NCBI RefSeq assembly: GCF_963921235.1
Contig: NC_086097.1
Location: 83,702,001 to 83,766,000 of the forward strand
Length of the DNA stretch: 64,000 nt
DNA from: Mobula hypostoma
Taxonomy: Eukaryota
Direction of reading: 5' to 3'
Shown here one piece after another: positions 13,550 through 27,660 of this stretch. A program made the position numbers and the translations under genes. Each line of letters begins with the position of its first letter. Position 1 is the stretch's first letter. Below the pieces are notes generated by a model that made no database searches, was not told the DNA's origin, and was given only the letters and a program-made list of their open reading frames with translations.

Positions 13550-14062
13550 AAAGTATACTTAAACAGGCAATGCATAAAAGAAGACAAACCGCAAATTAAA
13601 AAAAAATACTGAGAACGTGAGTCATAAATAGTCCTTGAAAACGAGTCTGTTGGTTGTGGAACCAGTTCAGAATAGCAGTGGATGAAGTTATCCATGCCAG
13701 TTCAGGAGTTTGATGGTGGTAGGGTAGCAGCTGCCCCTGAACCTGGAGTGTGGAACCTAAGGCTTCTGTACCTTATGCCTGACGTTAGTAGTGAAAAGAG
13801 AACATAGCCTGGATGGTGGGGGTCCTTGATGGTGGATGCTGCCTTCTTGTGGCAGCACTCCATGTAAATATGCTTAGTGAAATGGAGGGTTATGCCTGTG
13901 ATGGACTGAGCAGTGTCCACCACCTTTTGCAGACGCTTCTATTCTTGGGCATTGTTTTTTTCCATAGCAGGCCATGACACAACCAGAGAGGGTTCTCTCC
14001 ACTGTGCATCTATAGAAGTTTGTCAAAGTTTTGGATGACATGCCAAATCTGCGCATGCTTCC
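13550..14062 (-). mobile_element. Rex1/Babar LINE 3' fragment
   Basis: RRFGMSSKTLTNFYRCTVE; IKDPHHPGYVLFSLL. Confidence 0.8.
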
Positions 14063-15649
14063 AACAAACAGGTAACAGTGGAGCCTTTGGCCTCACTGCA
14101 GAATCACTGTTTGCTAACTTACTTCATTTTAGTTCAGTGTATTGGCTGCACATTTTCCTTGTCAGTGGCAGGTAACCCAGTCACAGGATGAGAATTCTTC
14201 TGGTTGTTGTTACAGTTACTGTTTCTGAATCTACGCAAATTTATAAGAAGAGGCACTGTCATGACTTCTTTGTGATGACATTTTGTGCTGTTCTCAGGAG
14301 AGATCCTCTGACGTGATATCTCTGGTCGAGGATGAACAGTCACTTTGCAGGTGACAAATCCCATGAGTACATCTCCCAGGTGGTCAGTACTCATGTTGCC
14401 ATCTGTGCTGAGTGTGAGGTTATTTGTTTCAGTTTAATGTTGCAGCTGAGCCCAAATATGACCCTGCTCTTTGATTGACTTGCATGCTTTTGCTAGAATG
14501 TTAAACATGAAATAAGAATGAGAAACATGGAGTTTGTGACTCCCTTCCCCCCATAGCATGAGTCACAGTCCTCTTCTAACCCTCAGTATTTGGTATTGAT
14601 TAGAACTGTGATCTGTTAGCTGAATAGTTGCCAATGTTTGTTTGGCCTATTTTATAAAACCATAGTTGTTGAAATATTACTTCTAACTTAAAGACTTTGC
14701 TATCCAGAATGAAGCCAGCCTCCGCCTCCTCATGGGACTCCATGGTGTGCAATTGCAAGTGGCAGTCATGTGGCCTGACTCTTCATCTGGGAGGTGCAAT
14801 CTACCTGCAAGCCTTGGGTTGATGCTTGACCCCAACTAGTTTCTGGCACCTGGTCTTGGTGGGACCCAGCCATTGCACAGAGGATGGTTGGGGCCACAGA
14901 CTGCTTCAGCAAGCTGACAGCAATGTTGTGGAGCTTGCATGTGACTTCCCACATTTCCCCACAGGGTTCTCTGTGAGACTTAACGTGAAATAAGTGTGGC
15001 AGAGATTTTGGGGTTTAGACCTCTCAAATTTTCAGTCATGATTTTTGTGATGAACAAATTATGCGGAGTTTGCTTACAAGCACCTTGTGCATACCAGGCC
15101 TTTTTAAAAAATCTTTCTCTGAAAGAGGGGCTTGCGTAGCAGTGGGCTAGTTGAATCGTTGACTGAGCACCAGACCTGATGGAACCTGCAGAATTCTGCA
15201 GATAATTTATAACTTCAACGATCATTCATCAACTGAACCCTTGCTGAAGCTTTCAGACTTTTTCTGCTCTGTCAATAAGTCCTTTATTTTGTTTTGTTTT
15301 AATACATAGGAGTTCAGCTGTATATCTGTGCTTTTTTGACTGAGGCATTGTTGTTCGATTCAACAAACCAGAGTGCCTGACTTGTATTTTAGTTGAGTGT
15401 AATCTGTCTTATTCTAACATTAATAATTAACAACTGCCATTGAGCCGGGAACATTTTTAGGATAAAGGGTCAAGATATTTATCTGCAGTTCATGCAATAG
15501 CAATAGAAGAACTGTAGACACAGTTAGATGTTGCTTCAATGCGGTGTCAGTGCTTAATGAGTGAAGAATTTATGGTCAGTGTTTAGTTGCACTCACTTGA
15601 CCATAAGCATGAGAACCAAATCAATGGACAGCACTAACATGAGAAATAC

Positions 15650-16050
15650 TTTGGATGTTGGAAACCCTAAGTAATACACACAAAATGTAGGAGGAACTCA
15701 GCAGGTCAGGCAGCATCTATGGAAATGAATAAACGGTTGCTGTTTCGGGCCGAGACCCTTCGTCAGGACTGGAAAGGAAGGGGAAAATGCTAGAATAAAA
15801 AAGTTTTCGGGGGGGGTGGTCGGGGAAGAAGGATAGCTAGAAGGTGACAGGTGAAGCCAGGTGGGTGGAAGAGGAAGGAATCTGATAGGAGAGGAGAGTG
15901 GACAATTGGAGAAAGGGAAGGAGGAAGGGACCGGCGGGGGGGGGGGTGGGGGCGGTGTGGTGATAGGCAGGTGAGAAGAGGTAAGAGGCCAGAATGGGGA
16001 ATAGAAGAAAAGGGGAGCGGGGAGGGGAAAATGTTCTTACCGGATGGAGA
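15650..16050 (-). mobile_element. Penelope-like pseudo-LTR/3' fragment
   Basis: Homologous to 16800-17430. - strand CAGTC CTGACGA AGGGTCTCGGCCC GAAAC motif. Confidence 0.75.
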
Positions 16051-16799
16051 AACTGAAATAAATTTTGCAGATGGATACCCTTTACTTGAACTCTGGGAAG
16101 GCCATTGAATACACTGGGCTGACACAGGTCATCCAGCCTGCCCTGTGCTCGTCATGATGTTGCACCATTCAGTTGTTTTGCGCTTGCCGCTGTGTTTATT
16201 GTATTATTTACTACATTCTGCTTACTCTGTGAACTTAATAAAAACAAGGAATTACATTGCAAAAATCCATTCTAAATCTCCCATCTACCATTTCCTTCTG
16301 TGCTTACCTAGATTCCCCTCGGCTGCATCCAAGATATTCTCCATTTCTGCTGAATTGCCCACTGGCTTGATCAGTGCCCCTCTTTTAATTTTACCCGTGG
16401 CCACCCAGAACTACAGTAGAGATCAAAGTTGCATTACGATATATTTGGATGCATTTTTCAATGAAGTTTTTGTTTCTGCACTGAACAGATGAAACAATAT
16501 GGAGATTGTTTTGCAATCTGTTGTAATGCTAATTGATTGCAGATTATCTGACATTTGGAGGCATTTCCAGTAAAGCTGTGACATGCAATCACAAAGTCAT
16601 ATTTCTGCTCCAGAAATTCTGAGCTATGCTGCCTGCCAAGACATTGGTGAAGAGCATAATCTAATCCTATTTTGCCATGTACCTACTCTTATATTAATCA
16701 CTGCTGTGAACAGGTTGAGGATTCAGGCAGTTTCTTGCTCATAACCTTAGCTCTACAGGATTTATTTCAAATGGACTTTGATATGGCATGGTATTTTAA

Positions 16800-17875
16800 G
16801 ATGATTCAACACATACAAAACGCCAGAGGAACTCAGCAGGTTTATGGAAATCAATAAACAGTCAATGTTTTGGGCCGAGACCCTTCTTCAGGACTGAGAA
16901 GGAAGGGGGAAGATGCCAGAATAAAAAGGTTTGGGGAGTGAAAGGAGGCTAGCTGGAAGGTGGTATTATTATGATTATGATTATGAGGACACGCAGTCCC
17001 CTTTTATTGTCATTTAGTAATGCATGCATTAAGAAATGATGAAATGTTTTTCCAGAATGATATCATGAAAACACATGACAAAACTGACTTTAAAAACTAA
17101 CAAAAACCACATAATTATAACATATAGTTACAACAGTGCAAAGCAATACCGTAATTTGATAAGAACAGACCATGGCACAGTAAAAGTCTCAAAGTCTCTC
17201 GAAAGTCCCATCGTCTCACGCAGACGGTAAACCTCCATGGTAGGGGAAGTCATGTGGGTGGGAAAGATCAAGGGCCGGAGAGGAAGGAATCAGATAGGAG
17301 AGAAGTGTGGGCAATAGGAGGAAGGGAAGGAGGAAGCAACCCAGCAGAAGTAATAGGCAGGTGAAAAGAGGTAAAAGGTCAGAGTGGGGAACAGAGGAAG
17401 TGGGGAGGCGAAATTGCTTACAGAAGGAGAAATCAGAATTCGTGCCACCAGGTTGGAGGCAATACAGGTGGAATATACGGTGTTGCTCTTCCACCCTGAG
17501 GGTGGCCTCATCTTGGGCACAAGAGAAAGCCATGGACTGGCATGTCAGACCGAGAGTGGGAATCAGAATTAAGATGTTGGGCCACCGGGAAATCATGCTC
17601 GTGGTGGAGCTCAATGAAGCGACCCCCCCAATTTACAGCAGGTCTCGCCAATGTAGAGGAGGCCGCATTGTGGGTGCTGGACACAATAGACGGCCCAGCA
17701 GATTTGCAGACGAAGTGTTGCCTCACCTGAAAGGACTGCCTGGGGCCCTGAATGGAGGCGAGGGAGGAGGTGTATGAGCAGGTGTAGCAATTAGGCCGCT
17801 TTCAGGGGTAAGTGCCAGGAGGGAGATCAGTAGGGAGGGACGAGTGGACAAGGGAATCGCTGAGGGAGCAGTGAT
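16800..17875 (-). mobile_element. Penelope-like element 3' part (GIY-YIG endonuclease and pseudo-LTR), with a LINE-tail insert at ~16965-17238
   Basis: RQHFVCKS..., PVAQHLNSDSHSRSDM, LRVEEQHRIFHLYCLQPGG.N.DFS. Degenerate hammerhead motif at ~16860-16895. Confidence 0.8.
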
Positions 17876-18647
17876 GAATGGAGAAGGGAATTACGCCTGT
17901 ACACTGATATACCAGTGAGGGTTCTGCAAATGCCAGCTAAACCACACTTTGAGAGGAATTTTTTTTTTGTTCTGTCACTTGTTCGTATGAAAGACTGAGC
18001 CAGGTTTTACTATACAAGGGAATCCTTTCCATTGTTAAAGACAACTTATGCTGCTTTCTATTGAGTTGAAATGTCTGATACGTGTTCCAAACTATGTTTG
18101 TTGTTTCAGACTGTTGTACAAAAACAGAATTGGGTAACTTATTTCCAAAATAAGGCAGTTCATCATAAGCTGAACCTACAAATGTAAATACATGTGCATG
18201 CAGTGCATTGTGAGAGCGTGAGACAAATGACATCATTAAATAGGGAAACCACGACTACTCGTAAGTTACCTTCCAGCTCTCTTATTGAGCGATTGGTGCC
18301 ATGGGAGGAAGTGAATTAAGGTAATGACAAAAGATATACATTTGTTCTGTACAAAGTCTCTATTCTAGACCCTTATTTATGGGTTTGGAATGTTGCTTGA
18401 ATTATCTTAACAGGGTCCTTACACAGACTGCAAGATGAATTGTCGTGTTGCTGGAAATGTTTGCACCTGCTTACTCTGAACTATTTGGCTTTATATGCTA
18501 AATAATCTTGAAATATGTACAGAAATAAATAATGTTTGAGGCACCCAGTTATTCAGTGAGTAACAATACCGATGTCAAGTGTGTAGATTAATTGAATCCC
18601 ATTATCCCTTTCTCCTTTCTCCTGATTGCACGGATGTAAACAATATA

Positions 18648-20993
18648 CAGTGGATTCTGGTTAATTGGGATACTTCGGGACCTGTAAATTTTGGCCCAAT
18701 TAAGTGGCTTCCCCAATTAGCTGAAATTTTATGGAAATAGATAAGAAGGAATAATAAAGACAAGCTACCATTTAACTGAGTAGCAATTATGTATTTAAAT
18801 GAAATACAGAACAGATTTTGAAATACAAAACCCCAGGCTACTGTGGGAGGCGAGGGAGGAGATTGCTGAGCCTCTGGCAATGATCTTTGCATCACCAATG
18901 GGGACAGGAGAGGTTCCGGAGGATTGGAGGGTTGCGGATGTTGTTCCCTTATTCAAGAAAGGGAGTAGAGTAGCCCTGGAAATTATAGAGCAATGAACCT
19001 TACTTCAGTGGTTGGTAAATTGATGGAGAAGATCCTGAGAAGCAGGACTTATGAACATTTGGAGAGGCATAATATGATAAGGAATGGCTTTGTTAAAGGC
19101 AGGTCGTGCCTTACGAACCTGATTGAAATTTTTGGGGATGTGACTAAACACATTGATGAAGGTGGAGCAGTAGATGTAGTGTATATGGATTTCAGCAAGG
19201 CTTACTGAGAAAGTAAGAAGGCATGGGATCCAAGGGGACCTTGCTTTGTGGATCCAGAAATGGCTTGCATACAGAAGGCAAAGAGTGGTTGTAGACGGGT
19301 CATATTCTGCATGGAGGTCAGTGACCAGTGGTGTGCCTCAGGGATCTGTTCTGGGACCCCTTCTCTTTGTGATTTTTATAAATGATCTGAATGAGGAAGT
19401 GGAGGGATGGGTTAGTAAATTTGCTGATGACACAAAGGTTGGAGGTGCTGTGGATAGTGTGGAGGGCTGTCAGAAGTTACAATGGCACATCGATGGGATG
19501 CAAAACTGGGCTGAGAAGTGACGGATGGAGTTCAACCCAGAAAAGTGTGAGGTGGTTCATTTTGGTAGGTCAAATATGATGGCAGAATATAGTATTAATG
19601 GTAAGACTCTTGAGAGTGTGGAGGATCAGAGGGCTGTTGGGGTCTGAGTCCACAGGACACTCAGAGTTGCTGCGCAGGGTTGACTGTGTGGTTAAGAAAG
19701 CATACAGTACGTTGGCCTTCATCAATCGTGGGATTGAGTTCAAAAGCCGAGGGGTAATGTTGCAGCTATATAGGACCTTGGTCAGACCCCACTTGGAGTA
19801 CTGTGCTCAGTTCTGGTCGCCTCACTACAGGAAGGATGTGAAAACTATAGAAAGGGTGCAGAGGAGATTTACAAGAATGTTGCCTGGATTGGGGAGCATG
19901 CCTTATGAGAATAGGTTGAGTGAACTTTGCCTTGGAGCGATGGAAGATGAGAGGTGACCCGACAGAGGTGTATAAGATGATGAGAGGCATTGATCATGTG
20001 GATAGTCACAGGCTTTTTCCCACGGCTGAAGTGGCTAACACAAGAGGGCACAGTTTTAAGGTGCTTGGAGGTAGCCACAGAGAAGATGTCAGGGGTAAGT
20101 TTTTTACACAGGGAATGGTGAGTGTGTGGAATGGGCTGCCGGCGATGGTGGTGGAGGCGGATACGATAGGGTCTTTTAAGAGACTCCTGGATAGGTACAT
20201 GCAGCTTAGAAAAATAGAGGGCTATGGGTAACCCTGGGTAGTTCTAAGGTAAGGACATGTTCAACACAGCTTTGTGGGCCGAAGGGCCTGTATTGTGCTG
20301 TAGGCTTTCTATATTTCTATGTTTCTAAAATTACTAATATGAATACAATTGCTATAAAATTGTATTGGTTCCTAATAGTCATTGATGGAGGAATTCATTT
20401 GGATTATGCTGCCATATTGTTTTGATTGACTGTAAATGAACAAAATCAGTACAGGCACCTAGTGCAGATAATGGACTGCCTTCATACAATGCTTTTGACG
20501 ATTGCATCTTCCAAATTTTAATTTTCATTGTAGCATTCAAGATGATTGTCGATACCTTCAAAGTCTTTGTAGTTCCTAACTTGTTGAAGTAGTGAAATTG
20601 TTTCACTTTCACTCCCGGCTGTTTCTGTCATCTCCAAGCCTGAATGCTGGAACCACAGTGAGCAAAACAGTTTGGAATTGTCAAACTGCTTATTACTTTC
20701 CAACTATCAGTGACAAAAGTCATTGCTTTCTGAATACAAACACGTGCAACTGACGCTATTTTAAAACTTTGCTCTATACGGTGTAGTGTCTAACAGCCAC
20801 GCAAGTGCACGCAACTCATGCTAGTTAGAAACTGTTTGGCAACAAGCTCTTGTCCCAGTTAAGTGGCAAAGTGTCCCAAATAAATGAAGGGAATCCTGAT
20901 GACTATTTTTTGGTTAGTTTTTGTTCTTTAAGAGTTTTCCCAGATAAGCAGATGTCCCAATTAACTGATGGCACAACTAACCAGAATCCACTG
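18648..20993. mobile_element. Same Tigger/pogo-like element, copy 2, interrupted by a CR1
   Basis: TA|CAGTGGATTCTGGTTAATTG ... CAACTAACCAGAATCCACTG|TA. Segments 18648-18820 and 20328-20993 align to copy 1. Confidence 0.85.
18830..20327 (+). mobile_element. 5'-truncated CR1 LINE (RT and 3' UTR)
   Basis: [41 protein letters not shown]; (TTTCTAT[AG])n tail. Confidence 0.93.
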
Positions 20994-22099
20994 TATTCAT
21001 TTCTTTAATTCTGAACCCCTCTCTGTTCTCCATCATGATTTGCTGAACTGCATTTTGACCTGAAAGTTTCAACTGGAAGATAACATCCTTGGTCCTTTTT
21101 TCCCCCTTATTGGCAAATGCCTGTCCACAAGTACATGGGAATGTGTATGATAAGTCATGTAGAAGTTACTGTTCAGTGGGTGGGGTGGAGAGGCAATCGA
21201 AATGTTATACTGCGCTGCAAATGATTAACAACAAATATATTTAATCCCTGCTGTTTCATACATTTGATTTGGTGTGGTCTGATAATCTGATTTGTTACCA
21301 CGTAGATAGGGAACTATTTCTCCACAAAGTGAACTCCCAGAGTTGAATGGAATTAGTGCTGAGATACAGCAAAAAGCTTGTATTGCATACTGTTCATTCA
21401 GACCAAATCGTACACAGTGCAATGAGGTAAAACAAGGTAAAACAATGACAGAACGCAACATAAAGTGTAACAGCTAAAAAGAATGTGCAGTGCAGGTAGA
21501 CAATAAGGTGGAAGATCATAATGAGGTAAATTGTGAGGTCAGTTGTATTAGGGAACCATTCAAGAGTCTTGTAACCGTGGAATAGAAGCTGTGCTTGAGC
21601 TGGTGGTACAAGCTTTCAGGCTTTTGTATCTCTGTCAGAGTGGAGAAGAGAGTGGATGTGGTCTTCGATTATGCTGGGTGTTTTACTTAGGCAAGAAGCA
21701 TGTTCTGCTCAGTGCTTTGATAAGATTAAGTTAGCCCCAGGTCCTGTGGTTTTTGTTTTGGGTACACATACATCTTGGAAACTGTCATTTTCCTCACCCC
21801 TTCCGGCCTCTAATGTTTCACATTACTGTGGGTAGCCTAGTACTCTCTTGGTGATGGATCATTAGTTCATCTGATGCCTGGAAATTGGGGGTGGTTTCAA
21901 CCACCAATGTTGGCATAAGGAAGAGCCAGAGAATGGGTGCACAAAGTGGAAGGAAAGATGGTTGAACTTCACAGCCTGGAAATATGGCATTCTTAGAAGT
22001 TCCCTTACAATTGGATTTATTACAATAATTAAATTGTGATCAGTGGCACAGAGAGGCTCTCTTAGAGAAACGTGCAAACATTAACTTTAGGAATGATAC

Positions 22100-22420
22100 C
22101 TTATTTCTAAGTATTCCCTTTATAGAAGGAGACCATTTGACCCATGAAGTCTGTGCCTGCTGTCATCAGTCCCATTCCCTCACAGTTCTTTGTAACATGT
22201 TCTCTCCCACATGCCCACCATCTCCACCCTGATCTCACACATCTGCATAGGGGGTACTTTAAAGTAGCCAGCATCCTGCTGACCGGCATGTAAAGAACCT
22301 GAATACCTAGGAGAAACCCACAGGGGGAGCGTGCAAACTCCACACAGACACTCGAGGTCAGAATTTATCCCACACGACTGAGCTGAAAGGCAAGAGCAAT
22401 ACTTGCTGTGCTGCCCCAGA
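22100..22420 (-). mobile_element. V-SINE/HE1-like SINE
   Basis: - strand TGTGTGGAGTTTGCACGCTCCCCCTGTGGGTTTCTCC core followed by a CR1-like tail. Confidence 0.6.
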
Positions 22421-22481
22421 ACCTGGTTGCATAGACATGGTGATAGAAAGATATAATGAGCTTCAAACAAAGCATGGGAAA

Positions 22482-22484
<3 letters not shown>

Positions 22485-22522
<38 letters not shown>
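22485..22522. repeat. (AC)19 microsatellite
   Basis: Read directly from the sequence. Confidence 0.95.
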
Positions 22523-22528
<6 letters not shown>

Positions 22529-23059
22529 CAGAAGTATTTGTGGCAGTGTTGGATCCTACAACTGGGACTTCTGCATTTCAATCCACGTTAGAAGGACAGA
22601 AATGTGCCCATCTGTATCAGAAATAGGGAACTGAAATGCCCCAAAGCCAACAATTTATACACAGAAATATGTGGAATATGCTATCTTCTGCTGCTTATTG
22701 TAACATGAATCTGTACCTACCAAGCTCCCAAGTAGTTCTGTCCTGCATCACCAGGTGCAAACTCATCCCCTCTCACTTTTCACTTCTTCATTTGTTTTTG
22801 ATTTGGACTTAGTTTTATAGTTCTACCTTCATTTGATGATTAAATTGTGTCTGTGGAAAATCTTCTATACTTTTAATTGTGGAAGGACAATGCTCAATAA
22901 ATGAATGGGATACTTTCAGTGTTATACAGAGAGCAGGAACCTTTTACAAATTACAGTTTGCCTGGTGGATTGACGTGAGCTTGGCAGCTTACTGACTCAT
23001 GTTTCATTGGAAACTGCTGCCATCAAAGCATCTTTGTAAGGTGCCTGTTGTCCCTATGG

Positions 23060-23500
23060 CATTAAGTCATTCAGATTTCTGGGAACTACCATTACCAACA
23101 CTTAGAAGTGGAACAAGCACGTTGCACTGATCACTGGAAAAACCCAGAAGACACTGTCCTTCCTGTGCCAGCTTAGGAAACACCTTCACTCCTGCTGAAT
23201 TTTACTCAGCTATCATTGAGAGTGTTGTGACCACCATTTTCACCGTTGGGTTTTCTGCCACCTCCTCCCTCTCCATGTTGCAATGAGTGGGCCACTCAGC
23301 AAAGGAGACCATTGGCTGTTAGCTACTGGCATTAAAAGCCCTGTTCATTGCCAGAGTGAAGAAAAGTTACTAGTAACTTCAGCCAACCTAACAGCCACCT
23401 AGTCACCAAATTGCCATCAGGGAGACACTACAAGTCCATCACCACCAGGGCTACTCGTTATCTCTGAAGCTTCCTGCAGCTATCCAGCTTCTCAGCAAAG
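23060..23500 (+). mobile_element. Old Rex1/Babar-type LINE fragment
   Basis: ttcagatttctgggaactacc (FRFLGT), FYSAIIESV-like and LPSGRHYKS-like segments. Confidence 0.6.
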
Positions 23501-26500
23501 CTCACTCAGATGTAATACCCTGACTGTCTATGCACAACATCCATTAGCCTTTCCTGCTCTCCTTGTTCTGTTGATAGTTATTTAGTCTGTTCATATGTTC
23601 ACATTTATTTAAGTCTGATTACTGACATTTGTGCATGTGACTCTTCTGCTAATTGTTGATTGCTTGTGGCCGCTTGCACTATTGTCCTGTAAGTTGCTGC
23701 TTGCCATTCTGTTGTCTGGTATGATACTGTCCTGTCCTGTGTTTTATGCTTGGCACTGAACCACAGTCAGTTCTGGTGTGTTTCCCAAACTGGCAAAAAA
23801 GTGATTCTGAATCTGTACAATAATCTTGAGAAACTTGTAATGACTGAGATTGTCCCATCTTCATTTGACATCATTAGAGAATGGATCATGCTGACAAAGG
23901 GTTTTGCACCTGAAGTATTAACTGTTTTTCTTTCCAGAGAAGCTGTTAGACCTGCTGAGTGTTTATTATTACAGACTTCCAGCATCTGCTGTTTATATGG
24001 CTTCAAAGGATGAATTGTGTTCCGGAGGGAAATTAAACTTTCTCCTCCCTCACCAAACATGCCGGTTAATGGCCCAGCATTAACTGTCAGCAATTGACTG
24101 CATTCTCTTGACCTCAAAGAAAGCCCACTACAAAAATTAGCAATCTCTGTCACAAGATTGCCCCTTTTTCATCGCCTGCCCTCTGTCAGGTTTAGTTCAA
24201 AGGGTCCCCTGGCACTCAGGAGCTGTAATGTCATTTGGAGGATGAGCAGCCAATCAGATTAAAGAATCCTCATACGGGTTAGCATGACGCAAAAACCCAG
24301 TGAGGCGAGTTCATTGCCCTTGCTCTCCTGAACCAAATTTGAATGCCAATTCCACAGGTGAAAAATGAAACATCTGATTTTTCTTTACAACCTTACTGAA
24401 AGGTCTTCAGCCAGTAATGGGTTCATAACTCTCCTTTTAAAAAAAAATGGTAGAGGTACTCAGCAGTTCAGAAGAAAGGTTCCCAAGCTAAGATACTGAT
24501 TCTATTTAACTCTCCTCTGGGGCTGCCTGTCCTTTAAAATGTTTTTGACATTTTTCTGTTTAATTTTAGATTTTCAGCATCTGCAGTGTTTTGCTTTGCT
24601 TAACTCTCTTGAAACGACTTTACGCTTTGAGTTTCTGAGTATTTGATTAATGTTTGATAGCACAGAGGATGAGGGTACAGTCAAGGAGTCAATGTTCACT
24701 GCTGAATTTTTAAAAAAATCAAATGTTGACATTGTGGAAGAGAATTGGCTGCTGCATTGGCTAGCTCTCACTTGTTCTGCACCTGCAGTGCAAGGTTTAA
24801 GGGGTTAGGGTGTATAATGATAGCAGAAACTGCTGAGAGTTCCAGTTAATTCTATTTAAAGTCTTGAGCAGGATGCTAAAATCTGGTCATCCAAAAGTTT
24901 TTTTAAAATCTTGTGTTGTGACTCACCAGATATTTCGGCAGTTAATTTGACATTTTAATGATGGTGGTGATATCAGGCATCTTTAATACTCTCATATCAT
25001 GCTCAGGCTGTGTACTTAAGTTACTTTTCTTTGTATGTTGATAGTCAGAATTGTATTTACACAGACCTTTATTGGAATGGCGTGCATGTGGGAGAGATTT
25101 ACTGTAGATAAGTAAAGGACATGGAAATAAATCCATAAAACTCTTTACAATTTCCTTTAGTATTCGTATTCTTTCCTGAAAGGTGCATCTGAATTTGTCT
25201 TGTAAAACACTGGTGTTTTTTTTTAATTTTCTCTACTGTAACCTGTTGTAGCCAGGCTATAATTTATCAACTGTTATTCAGAGGCTAGAATTATTTTTAT
25301 ATTTCAACATCAAAACCACTTAGAAAGCCAGAGTTTAAAAAAAAACAGTGAACACAAAACAGAAACAATATAAGCTGAGAATTTCTTCCTTCAGTTGAGA
25401 GTGCAGAAGGGGAACAATTCCCAACTTAATGCTCCTGAGCTGTAACCCTCTTTCCTCTGACCAGTTTTAGCTCAGGATTGAGTTCTATTAAGAAGTCAGG
25501 GGGCGAAGGATGGGGAAGTAAGAGGAAAGTTATGCTTTTACAACCATATAAGGATCCCTGATGAACCTGTACTCAACCAAACATAAACAACTGACTTTGA
25601 CATCTATCCAGTGTTTATATCAAAGGTTGCCGTTGCTGCTCCTGAGGCCAGTCCACATATCTCCATAGATGACTGGATATTTTAGTTGTCGTGGAAATTG
25701 CTGGTAACACGATGCACTCTCAGGCAGCCCACCTGGTTTGCAGAACAGCCACGGTATTGGGGAAACCGCCTAACAGTGGCTCAAAACACTTTTAAGAGCA
25801 TCAGGAATAAAAATGCTTGCTTGATCTACTACCATAATCTTGACTAGCTTTGCCCAGCCTTTCTCAAATTAAAAGTTAAAGCACTTTAATGTCTGGCTAT
25901 ATAATGTTGTAGCCATGGCTGTGGTGTGTGAACATTATAACTGAACTATCATATTATACCGCACCCTTAAACTGCAGTTACAGTACAGTTCCAGACAGAA
26001 GGAAAGATCTCATTCCACTTGGAAACTGCAGAATTTGGAAAATGTTATTACAGGAATTACACATCTATCGTTCACCATGACTGGTGATTATTCTGCTTCA
26101 ACTTGTCATGGGCGTGTTCATTCAAGGTAATGGATATCATGCTGCCTAAAAGACTACTTAGGCTGAAAGAGACGGTTTATGAAAATGGATGAAATTAGTT
26201 CCACAGTTCCAAAGTGGGAGCTGAAAGATGTTCATTCTGGTCAGTGAGTTGAAAGTAATTTTATATCAAAATACATATATAGTGCCTATAAAAAGTTTTC
26301 ATGTTTTATTGTGTTACAACATTGAATCACAGTGGATTTAATTTGGCTTTTTTGACTCTGAACAACAGAAAAATCCTCTTTCATGTCAAAGTAAAAACAG
26401 ATCTCTACAAAGTGATCTAAATTAATTACAAATAGAAAACACAAAGTAATGGATTGCATAAGTATTCATCTGCTTTAATATGACGCACCAAATCATCACT

Positions 26501-26662
26501 GCTGCAGCCAACTGGTTTTAGAAGTCACATAATTAGTTAAATGGAGATCTGTTTTTGGAGACCTGTGTGCAGTCAAGGTGTTTCAACTGACTGTAGTAAA
26601 AATACATTTGTATCTGAAAGGTCCAACTGCTGGTGAGTCAGTATCCTGGCAAAAGCTACACC

Positions 26663-27604
26663 ATGAAGACAAAAGAACACTCCAAGCAACACTACGAAAA
26701 GGTTATTGAAAAGCACAAGTCAGGAGATGGATACAATTAAATTTCCAAGTTAATATCCCTTGGAATACACTTAAGTCAATCATCAAGAAATGGAAAAAAT
26801 TTGGCACAGCTGTAAATCTGCCTAGAGCAGACCGTCCTCAAAAACTGAGTGACCATGCAAGAAGGGGACTACTGAGGGAGGCCACCAAGAGACCTGTGGC
26901 AACTCTGGAGGAGTTACAAGCTTCAGTGGCTGAGATGGGAGAGACTGCACATACAGCAACTGTTGCCCAGGTGCTTCACCAGTTGCATTTTTGTGGGAGA
27001 GTGGCAAGAGAAAGACACTGTTGAGAAAAACTCACATGAAATCACAGCGAGAGTTTGTCAGAAGTCATGCGGGAGACTCTGAAGTTAGCTGGAAGAAGGT
27101 TCTATCATGTGATGAAACCAAAATTGAGCTTTTTGGCCATCAGTCTAAATGCGATTTTGACGTAAACGAAACACTGTACGTCATCAAAACCATTCCTACC
27201 ATGAAGCATGGTGGTGGCTGCATCATGCTGTGGGGCTGCAGGCCTTGGAGGAAAACCTGCTGCAGTCTGCAAGAGAACTGTGACTTGGGAGAAGATTTGT
27301 TTTCCAGCAAGACAATGACCCTAAGCATAAAGCCAAAGCTGCACAGGAATGGCTTAAAAACAACAAAGTTAATGTCCTGGAGTGGCCAAGTCAGAGTCCA
27401 GACCTCAATCCAATTGAGATTTTTGGGTTGGACTTGAAAAGGGCTGTTCATTCATGATCCTCATGCAATCTGACAGAGCTTGAGCAGTTTTATAAAGAAG
27501 AATGGAGAAAAATTGCAATGTCCAGATGTGCAAAACTGATAGAGACATATCCACACAGACTCAAGGATGTAATTGCTGCCAAAGGTGCATCGACTAAATA
27601 CTGA
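26663..27604 (+). pseudogene. Tc1 transposase remnant
   Basis: MKTKEHSK start, [42 protein letters not shown], ...TKY*. Contains stops, frameshifts and an internal deletion. Confidence 0.9.
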
Positions 27605-27660
27605 CTTGAAGGGGGTGAATACTTATGCAATCAATTATTTTGTGTTTTATATTTATAATT

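Noticed and set aside
15740..16895. Additional hammerhead motifs on the - strand
   Set aside because: Cores are mutated (GAAACAGC; AAAACATT), so they were not called as ribozymes.
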